DNA of 64,000 nt, taken from Actinomycetota bacterium (GTDB lineage: Bacteria; Actinomycetota; Acidimicrobiia; IMCC26256; PALSA-610). The notes under the pieces were generated by a model, which made no database searches, was not told the DNA's origin, and was given only the letters and a program-made list of their open reading frames with translations. Position numbers and translations under genes: made by a program. The stretch covers positions 22,603 through 86,602 of the forward strand of contig SXJP01000039.1 of the NCBI GenBank assembly GCA_005779395.1, in the 5' to 3' direction. This document shows, piece after piece, positions 57,421-64,000 of the stretch (positions are counted from its first letter, which is position 1; every line of letters starts with the position of its first letter).

Positions 57421-58478
57421 TGACAGATCCAAAATCATCTAGGTATGCGGCCACCCTGCCTGAACTCGAAGCGGTAGTCAAACAACTCGGCGAACCGGCG
57501 TTTCGGGCAAAACAGATTCATCAGGGCCTCTGGCAGCAGCGCAAACCACTAGAGACCCTTAGCACGATTAACGTACAACTCCGTGACGAACTCGCAGCGC
57601 TTCTTCCCCTAGACCTCGTAGAGATTCTCGAGCGCACGACGCTCGGTGGCATGACAGCGAAGTGGCTCTGGCAAGTGGCGGGCGGTGACCAGGTCGAGAC
57701 AGTGCTGATGCAGTCGGCGGACAGAGCGACGGTTTGCGTCTCTTCGCAAGCTGGTTGCGCGATGGGCTGCACTTTTTGCGCGACTGGTCAAGCCGGGTTC
57801 GAGCGCCACCTTCGTGCATCGGAGATCGTTGAGCAGGTTCTCCGAGCTCAGCACACATGCCAGCAACGAGTAAGCAACGTTGTATTCATGGGTATGGGCG
57901 AACCCCTCGCGAATCTCGACGAAGTCGAGCCTGCGCTCACAAGTTTGCAGGATGGTCTCGGCATATCGGCTCGCAAGATCGTTGTGAGCACAGTCGGCGT
58001 AGTGCCTGGTATGGACCGGCTACGGGCATTTCCGCTTCCCGTCACGCTCGCGGTGTCGTTGCATGCACCCGACGATGCTTTGCGCGAGCAACTTGTTCCC
58101 CTGAATCGTCGTTACCCAATCGCAGATATTCTCGACGCAGCACGCGGATATGTCCTCGCGAAAGGAAGGCGGGTGACATTTGAATATGCGTGCATCTCCG
58201 GCATCAACGACCATGTCCACTTGGCCGACGCGCTAGCCAACAAGCTCCTCGGCTTTCCTGGCGGAGCACACGTAAATCTGATTCCGTTGAATGCGACTAC
58301 AGGTTTCACGGGTCGGCCACCTAGCCCAGAGCGCATCGCAACATTTGCCGAGCGACTCACAGATAGAGGGATCAACGCAACTGTACGGCGTAACCGCGGC
58401 ACAGATATCGACGCAGCCTGCGGACAGCTACGAATGCGCACATCCGCGCCCGTAGAGATGAGAGAATCCAAGGCATGA
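57420..58478 (+). CDS. rlmN: 23S rRNA/tRNA (adenine-C2)-methyltransferase, radical SAM
   Basis: 352 aa with the radical-SAM cluster CAMGCTFCATG and a C-terminal catalytic Cys (DIDAACGQL). Confidence 0.95.
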   Translation: MTDPKSSRYAATLPELEAVVKQLGEPAFRAKQIHQGLWQQRKPLETLSTINVQLRDELAALLPLDLVEILERTTLGGMTAKWLWQVAGGDQVETVLMQSADRATVCVSSQAGCAMGCTFCATGQAGFERHLRASEIVEQVLRAQHTCQQRVSNVVFMGMGEPLANLDEVEPALTSLQDGLGISARKIVVSTVGVVPGMDRLRAFPLPVTLAVSLHAPDDALREQLVPLNRRYPIADILDAARGYVLAKGRRVTFEYACISGINDHVHLADALANKLLGFPGGAHVNLIPLNATTGFTGRPPSPERIATFAERLTDRGINATVRRNRGTDIDAACGQLRMRTSAPVEMRESKA

Positions 58479-58855
58479 ACCAGTGGCTGAATCGGTCGCA
58501 TCCGCAGATGCTCCTAATCGCGGTATTCCTCTGCTATTTCCAAGCCGCCCAAGGATTGCTACAAGCACTCGGGATACAGGGCCTTGGTGGGATAGTTGCT
58601 GCCAACGATCCGATTATCTTCTTCGCGATAGTTCTCGGACTCGGTCTAGGCGGCATCGGGATAGCGAACGACAAGAAGTGGGGATACTGGGCGGCTCTCA
58701 GCGCTTCGATCCTCCACGTTGTCATGTATGTAATCGTGTTCAAGTTTGCATTTCTCGGAACAACGTTGATCGTGAGTTTCAGTTTTGATGTAGCTCTCAT
58801 CGGACTGCTGACGCACAAACAAGTTCGCGAATATCAACGAGCCTGGTTTCGATAA
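58475..58855 (+). CDS. hypothetical membrane protein
   Basis: 126 aa with four hydrophobic segments. Its ATG overlaps the rlmN stop (ATGA). Confidence 0.6.
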   Translation: MNQWLNRSHPQMLLIAVFLCYFQAAQGLLQALGIQGLGGIVAANDPIIFFAIVLGLGLGGIGIANDKKWGYWAALSASILHVVMYVIVFKFAFLGTTLIVSFSFDVALIGLLTHKQVREYQRAWFR

Positions 58856-58858
58856 CTA

Positions 58859-60004
58859 GTGTGCGACACCTTCGCCTTCGTCGGTACCGGCGGGACTTTC
58901 TTCGCGAAGAACTCTGATCGGCCACCGGACGAAGTCCAAGTCGTTGACCAATTGCCACATCGGGTTGCTGGCGGTCCACTGCATGTCCAATATTTAGACC
59001 TAGGCAGAGACCCCGGAGCCTTCGCGTTACCAATCGCGTCGCAACCATCTTGGTTATGGGGGCTAGAGCATGGCGTGAACGAACATCGCGTCGCAATTGG
59101 CAATGAAGCGATCTACACAACAGATGACCGGTGGTCGTCACAGCCAGCACTACTTGGCATGGACCTCGTACGCCTCGCGTTGGAACGCGCGCGGACAGCG
59201 CATGAAGCAATAAGTGTGCTTACCAAGTTGATCGAAGTACATGGCCAAGGTGGCTCTGGATGGCATGGCACCAACGAGCCCTACTTCTCGTCATTCCTGG
59301 TTGCCGACCCGCGCTCTGCATGGATACTCGAAACGAGTCAACGTTCGTGGGCTGCGAAGAGGATTGGGACAGGCGGCGTAGCTATCTCAAACCGTATTTC
59401 ACTTTCGACAGATTTCGACTGTTCATCGCACGACATTGTTCAGGGTGGCGATTTTCAGGTGAAGCGTGATCCAAAGGCGCCAACGCAAATAGCCGACCAC
59501 CGACTCGCCATCACATCGCGCGCAGTTTCTGGAGCCGCAATAGTCAATCTCGATTCTATCGTTGCGACGTTGCGCGATCACGGCCCAGCACGACCGGCGT
59601 TACCCGCTGACATTCAGGACGATTGGTCAGGCGTTTCCGTATGCATGCATGTACGCGGGTATCAAGCCACTACTAGTTCTCTCGTTTCGTGGCTACCAAT
59701 CGACCCCGACGAACACGCGAGGTATTGGGTCGCGTTAGGAAGTCCTTGCACTTCTGTGTTCGTACCGTGTTTCGACGGCTCTATGCCAGCCGCACTCTCA
59801 CAAGCGGACACATGGCATCGATTTGTGGCCCTTCGAAACCGCGTCGAGACAGACCTGACTGGAATCGACGAACTTGTAGCAATTCGCGAAGTGTTAGATC
59901 CGTTGGAACACGAGCTCTGGACAAAAGCCGATAGCCGAGACCCGAACTGGTCATCGTTCGCGTCGGAAGCTCTTGATCGATCCCTTCGACTATTGCAGGT
60001 CTGA
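58859..60004 (+). CDS. Ntn-hydrolase, peptidase C69/secernin-like
   Basis: GTG start followed directly by CDTFAFVG....FFAKNSDR, the Cys nucleophile at position 2 as in C69/secernin enzymes. 381 aa. Confidence 0.7.
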   Translation: MCDTFAFVGTGGTFFAKNSDRPPDEVQVVDQLPHRVAGGPLHVQYLDLGRDPGAFALPIASQPSWLWGLEHGVNEHRVAIGNEAIYTTDDRWSSQPALLGMDLVRLALERARTAHEAISVLTKLIEVHGQGGSGWHGTNEPYFSSFLVADPRSAWILETSQRSWAAKRIGTGGVAISNRISLSTDFDCSSHDIVQGGDFQVKRDPKAPTQIADHRLAITSRAVSGAAIVNLDSIVATLRDHGPARPALPADIQDDWSGVSVCMHVRGYQATTSSLVSWLPIDPDEHARYWVALGSPCTSVFVPCFDGSMPAALSQADTWHRFVALRNRVETDLTGIDELVAIREVLDPLEHELWTKADSRDPNWSSFASEALDRSLRLLQV

Positions 60005-60035
60005 GTTTCCGGCCCTGTACGGTCCGGCGCTTCCT

Positions 60036-61607
60036 ATGGAGTTCAATCTTGCTGACCTTTGGGAAAAGGTCGCCGACACAATCCCCGAAAAGCAAGCGCT
60101 AGCAGACGGGAGTCGCCGCTTCACGTACGCCGCCCTTGACGCTCGCGCGAACGCGTTGGCTCATGTCCTTGAGCGTCGGGGCGTAAAAGCTGGCGACCAC
60201 ATCGGCGTGTATCTCTACAACTGTTCGGAGTACATAGAGACGATGCTGGCTGCATTCAAGTTGCGTGCCGTTCCGATCAATGTCAATTATCGATACGTCG
60301 AAGACGAACTTAGGTACCTGTTCACCGATGCAGATGCGGTTGCTCTAGTCGCCGATGTTGCATTCGCACCCAAGATCTCCGCAATCCGATACGAACTACC
60401 GCTGCTGCACACCGTGATTACCGTTGGGGCCGATGGAGATTATGAGTCTCTTATCGCCAGCGAGTCGAGTAGCCGCGACTTCGGACCTCGGTCAGCCGAC
60501 GACCACTACATGCTCTACACGGGTGGCACTACCGGCATGCCGAAAGGTGTCATTTGGCGCCACCAAGATGTGTTCTTTGGCGCTATGGGCGGCGCAGGCG
60601 GCGGGAGCACGCCAATAGCCACACCGGAGGAAATCAGCCAACGTTGCGTCGAAGGTAGGACCCGCGTTGTTCCTGCGTGCCCTTTCATGCATGGCACCGC
60701 GCACTGGATGGCGCTCTCCACCCTTTTCGTCGGTGGCGCGGTGATTATCGATCAGAACCGCAACTTCAATCCTGCGGCGCTTTGGAGACTCATCGCAGAC
60801 GAAGCCGCTACCTTCCTTGTCATCGTTGGCGATGCCTTCGCGCGGCCGCTAGTAGAAGCGATAGACGCAGACGTCGATCTGTCCTCATTGCAGGTACTGC
60901 TTTCTGGCGGAGCGATCCTCAGTCCGGCCATCAAGGAGGCACTTGTCGATGTCCTGCCGGGAGTGATAATCGTCGATGGTTACGGCGCCTCAGAGACCGG
61001 TGGTCAAGGTCAGTCAGTCACCGTCGGAGGAAGCGCTGTCCCTGCCTCGACGCGCTTTACCGTGAACGGCCAGACCATGGTCCTTGATGATGATCTGAAC
61101 CCAGCAAAAGTTGGTGTCGTGGGTCGACTTGCTCGCCGCGGACACATACCGCTCGGTTACTACAAAGACCCAGAAAAGACAGCTGCGACTTTCCCGACCG
61201 ACGCGAATGGCGATCGCTGGTCTGTGCCCGGCGACCACGCACGCCTCGAGGAAGACGGCAACATCACCCTGCTCGGTCGCGGCTCGATGTCGATCAACAC
61301 AGGTGGCGAAAAGGTCTACCCTGAAGAAATTGAGTCGGCACTCAAGTCACATCCGACAGTTTTTGACGCAGTCGTCGTCGGCGTGCCAGACGAACGTTTC
61401 GGCGAACGCGTAGTAGCAGTCGTGCAAGCACGCGAATCGTTGGACCTAGAACCATCTGCTCTCATGAATCATGTTCGCCTCAATGCCGCCGCGTACAAAG
61501 CGCCACGTTCGATCATTCCCGTTGAGAACATTCAGCGTTTGCCATCTGGCAAGCCGGACTATCGCTGGGCGCGCACGACAGCGATGAACGCCCTCGGCCT
61601 CGCTTAG
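60036..61607 (+). CDS. AMP-dependent acyl-CoA synthetase/ligase (FadD-like)
   Basis: AMP-binding motif [12 protein letters not shown], with GYGASETG and a C-terminal SGKPDYR block. ATG 60036 is preferred over the longer track ORF. Confidence 0.88.
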   Translation: MEFNLADLWEKVADTIPEKQALADGSRRFTYAALDARANALAHVLERRGVKAGDHIGVYLYNCSEYIETMLAAFKLRAVPINVNYRYVEDELRYLFTDADAVALVADVAFAPKISAIRYELPLLHTVITVGADGDYESLIASESSSRDFGPRSADDHYMLYTGGTTGMPKGVIWRHQDVFFGAMGGAGGGSTPIATPEEISQRCVEGRTRVVPACPFMHGTAHWMALSTLFVGGAVIIDQNRNFNPAALWRLIADEAATFLVIVGDAFARPLVEAIDADVDLSSLQVLLSGGAILSPAIKEALVDVLPGVIIVDGYGASETGGQGQSVTVGGSAVPASTRFTVNGQTMVLDDDLNPAKVGVVGRLARRGHIPLGYYKDPEKTAATFPTDANGDRWSVPGDHARLEEDGNITLLGRGSMSINTGGEKVYPEEIESALKSHPTVFDAVVVGVPDERFGERVVAVVQARESLDLEPSALMNHVRLNAAAYKAPRSIIPVENIQRLPSGKPDYRWARTTAMNALGLA

Positions 61608-61645
61608 AGAGGTTCGCTCGACCTCCGCTCGGTACTCTCACCGCT

Positions 61646-63691
61646 ATGACGAGCACCAATCGGCTTGCCCAAGAGACAAGCCCGTACCTACGACAGCACG
61701 CCGACAACCCTGTCGACTGGTACCCGTGGGGTCCCGAAGCATTCGAAGCCGCACGCATTTCCGGGCTACCAATTTTCTTGTCAATCGGATACTCAGCTTG
61801 TCACTGGTGCCATGTGATGGCACACGAAAGCTTCGAGGACGAAGCAACCGCCGCTGTCATGAATCGCCTCTTCATCAACGTCAAGGTCGACCGCGAAGAA
61901 CGACCTGATGTCGATTCGATTTACATGGACGCAACGCAAGCGATAGCCGGTCGTGGCGGGTGGCCCATGAGCGTCTGGTTACGGCCAGACGGCCGCCCCT
62001 TTTACGCAGGCACCTATTTTCCACCTACCGATCGCCCCGGCATGCCTTCGTTTGTCAGGCTTTGTGAATCGATCAACGAGGCGTGGACCGAGCGAAGAGC
62101 CGACGTCGACAAGCAGGCCACCCAACTAACGGCTTCCATAGGTAGACGCCTCCCTGTCGTTGAGTCGAACGTCGACAACGATGTCTTGACTGCAGCGCAC
62201 GACGGATTGTTGACGAGTTTCGACCGTCATTGGGGTGGATTCGGGACAGCACCAAAGTTTCCGCCAGCTCAGACGCTCATGTTCTTGTGCCGCAGGTACG
62301 TCGTCGAGAACTCTCCTGAGACGCTCAACATGATCACCACAACCCTCGACGCAATGGCGGCAGGCGGAATGTACGACCAAATCGGTGGCGGGTTCTCCCG
62401 TTACAGCGTGGACAACGAGTGGCTCATCCCGCATTTCGAAAAGATGTTGTACGACAACGCTCTCTTAGCCAGGGCTTACACGCACGGCTGGCTGGTCACC
62501 AAGAATCATCGTTATGCGAAGATCGTCGAAGAAACCTTTGCTTATGCCCTCCGCGACCTGTCGGACCCGCAAGGCGGTTTCTATTCGGCAGAGGACGCCG
62601 ATAGCGAAGGCGTTGAAGGCAAGTTCTACGCCTGGTCGCTCGCAGAAGTGAACGAAGCGTGTGGCGCCGACGCCGACGCCATGATCGCACATTTCGCGCT
62701 GACCGAAGGTGGCAACTTCGTTGATCCGCACACCGGTTTCTCGGGCAATGTTCTAAGCCTTGCGCAACGAGGTAGTGAGCCAGACGCTCAAGTGAGTCGC
62801 GGCAGAGCGAGCCTGTTCGCTCGCCGTGCCGAACGGGCGCGTCCGGGTCTTGACGACAAGGTTCTTACTTCTTGGAATGCGTTGATGTGTAGGGCACTCG
62901 CTGAGGCTGGTTGGGTGTTCGGCCGACCAGAGTGGACCGAGCGCGCTCGCCACAATGCAGAGTTCCTCTGGCAGCACCTTCGTCGTGGCGACGGACGCGT
63001 CATGCGCTCATGGCAGTCAGACTCCCCCGAGGCACGGTTCCTCGGATACTGCGAGGATTACGCCGCATTGCTCGAGGCACTGTTGACACTCGCAGAGACA
63101 GACGACATCAGGTGGCTCGAGCGTGCGCACCAGATCGCCGATGAAATGATCGAATTGTTCGCCGATCCAGAGGGCGGGTTCTTTAGCACCGGAACCGATG
63201 CAGAATCGCTCATTGTGCGACCGCAAGACTTCATGGATAACGCGACACCGAGCGCGAACTCGATGGCAGCCGTTGGCCTACTTCGACTCAGTGCACTTCT
63301 CGGCGTCGACTCGTACGAGGAATTTGCCAGGGCCACCGTCGCTCGGTTCGCCCCACTTGTCGGCCGCGCCCCAAGCGCGTTCGGATATGCCACCGAGGCA
63401 ATCGAAAGACTTCTCGTCCCGCCGGTCGAAGTCGCGATTATTGGTGACTCAACTGACAACGAGCGCATCGCACTAGAACGAGTCCTAGCATCGAGACTCA
63501 TTCCGGGTGCAGTAATGCTCCACAGCGCGACAGCATCGGATGAGTCGCCACTGTTAGCAAACCGTAATGGCGTCGACGGACACGCGGCCGCATACGTGTG
63601 CGAGAGATATGCGTGCGAGACGCCTACAGCAGACCCAATTACGCTCGGCGACCTACTCGACCGAGTAGTAAAGAATCGCGGCTTGGCTTAG
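61646..63691 (+). CDS. thioredoxin-domain protein of the YyaL/SSP411 (DUF255) family
   Basis: 681 aa. The N-terminal DUF255 block has SACHWCHVM, and the C-terminal region is (alpha/alpha)6-like. Confidence 0.88.
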   Translation: MTSTNRLAQETSPYLRQHADNPVDWYPWGPEAFEAARISGLPIFLSIGYSACHWCHVMAHESFEDEATAAVMNRLFINVKVDREERPDVDSIYMDATQAIAGRGGWPMSVWLRPDGRPFYAGTYFPPTDRPGMPSFVRLCESINEAWTERRADVDKQATQLTASIGRRLPVVESNVDNDVLTAAHDGLLTSFDRHWGGFGTAPKFPPAQTLMFLCRRYVVENSPETLNMITTTLDAMAAGGMYDQIGGGFSRYSVDNEWLIPHFEKMLYDNALLARAYTHGWLVTKNHRYAKIVEETFAYALRDLSDPQGGFYSAEDADSEGVEGKFYAWSLAEVNEACGADADAMIAHFALTEGGNFVDPHTGFSGNVLSLAQRGSEPDAQVSRGRASLFARRAERARPGLDDKVLTSWNALMCRALAEAGWVFGRPEWTERARHNAEFLWQHLRRGDGRVMRSWQSDSPEARFLGYCEDYAALLEALLTLAETDDIRWLERAHQIADEMIELFADPEGGFFSTGTDAESLIVRPQDFMDNATPSANSMAAVGLLRLSALLGVDSYEEFARATVARFAPLVGRAPSAFGYATEAIERLLVPPVEVAIIGDSTDNERIALERVLASRLIPGAVMLHSATASDESPLLANRNGVDGHAAAYVCERYACETPTADPITLGDLLDRVVKNRGLA

Positions 63692-64000
63692 CGAGCAGCG
63701 TTGAAAGCTCCGGCCGAAAGATCTTCGGCGATTGCCCAACCAAATGCAACCATTGCTTCGCCCTTGGAAGCGTCGAGCGGGCCGACTAGCTGCACGATTT
63801 TTGCCCCACCAGTCGACTTGATGCCGACTGTGTCGAGAACTGGGACCACCGGGACCTTGCGCCCGCTGTGCTTGATACGAAAAGTGCGATCGTCGAATGC
63901 GCCTTCGTGGCCGAAGCGCTTGGCCAAACGTCGTCCCCATGCGCGCTCTTCGCCGTTAGCTTCGTACCCAGGCCGTGGCACGACGTTGGAATAGTTCGAC
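63688..64000 (-). CDS. hypothetical protein, possibly 5'-incomplete at window edge
   Basis: The frame stays open from the stop at 63688 to the window end. GTG 63981 is the first start candidate inside the window. No family recognised. Confidence 0.35.
   Translation of the reverse strand, partial: SNYSNVVPRPGYEANGEERAWGRRLAKRFGHEGAFDDRTFRIKHSGRKVPVVPVLDTVGIKSTGGAKIVQLVGPLDASKGEAMVAFGWAIAEDLSAGAFNAAR

Noticed and set aside
1-64000. A scan for CRISPR arrays, IS elements, transposases, integrases, prophage genes, rRNA, and toxin-antitoxin or restriction-modification modules.
   Set aside because: I saw no regularly spaced direct repeats and no ORFs with the corresponding signatures. The only RNA gene found is tRNA-Leu.

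Overview
This 64-kb window comes from a mid-GC actinobacterial chromosome. The phylum call is an inference from gene content and synteny, and I cannot name a genus. Almost all of it is core metabolism in the gene order known from Mycobacterium-type genomes. In order: a DrrAB-like ABC exporter, uvrB, coaE, an inserted two-component system, rpsA, a methyltransferase, polA and a PdtaR-like ANTAR regulator. Next come tRNA-Leu(CAA) and a complete FAS-II locus (fabZ / fabD, BCCP-like ORF, fabH, fabG, acpP, fabF, accD6-like, fabI). These are followed by bcp, an MFS transporter, a DUF1800/DUF1501 pair, and a four-gene HIT-like/FGGY kinase/S1P-lyase-like/PIG-L operon divergent from rmlACBD. After the accessory segment come icd, motBA, trpA-B-F-C, an FG-GAP propeller, ygfZ, trpE, hisI, ptrB and hisF-A-H-B-C-D. 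The window ends with an Eis-like GNAT, nth, an mshD-like gene, rlmN, a C69/secernin-like hydrolase, a fadD-like ligase and a yyaL-like thioredoxin-domain protein. I saw no rRNA, CRISPR array, transposase, integrase or prophage genes. The one clearly accessory segment is 32.5-35.6 kb, on the minus strand between rmlD and icd. It holds three paralogous copies of an unrecognised protein. That protein has a W/Y/G-rich N-domain, a Gly/Ala-rich hydrophobic hairpin, and a disulfide-type C-terminal domain. Each copy is followed by a small 3-TM protein with a strong RBS, and two further 3-TM paralogues follow. The layout resembles a pore-forming bacteriocin/immunity or polymorphic toxin/immunity island. 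All three effector-like copies are interrupted. Copy 1 is separated from a Sec/lipoprotein-type leader ORF by a frame change at a (TC)5 tract. Copy 2 has an in-frame TAA. Copy 3 is an orphan C-terminal module with an in-frame TAG. This island is my main candidate for an undescribed system. The HIT-like/kinase/lyase/deacetylase operon is the second. Many long ORFs in the supplied track are antisense shadows of real genes and were discarded.
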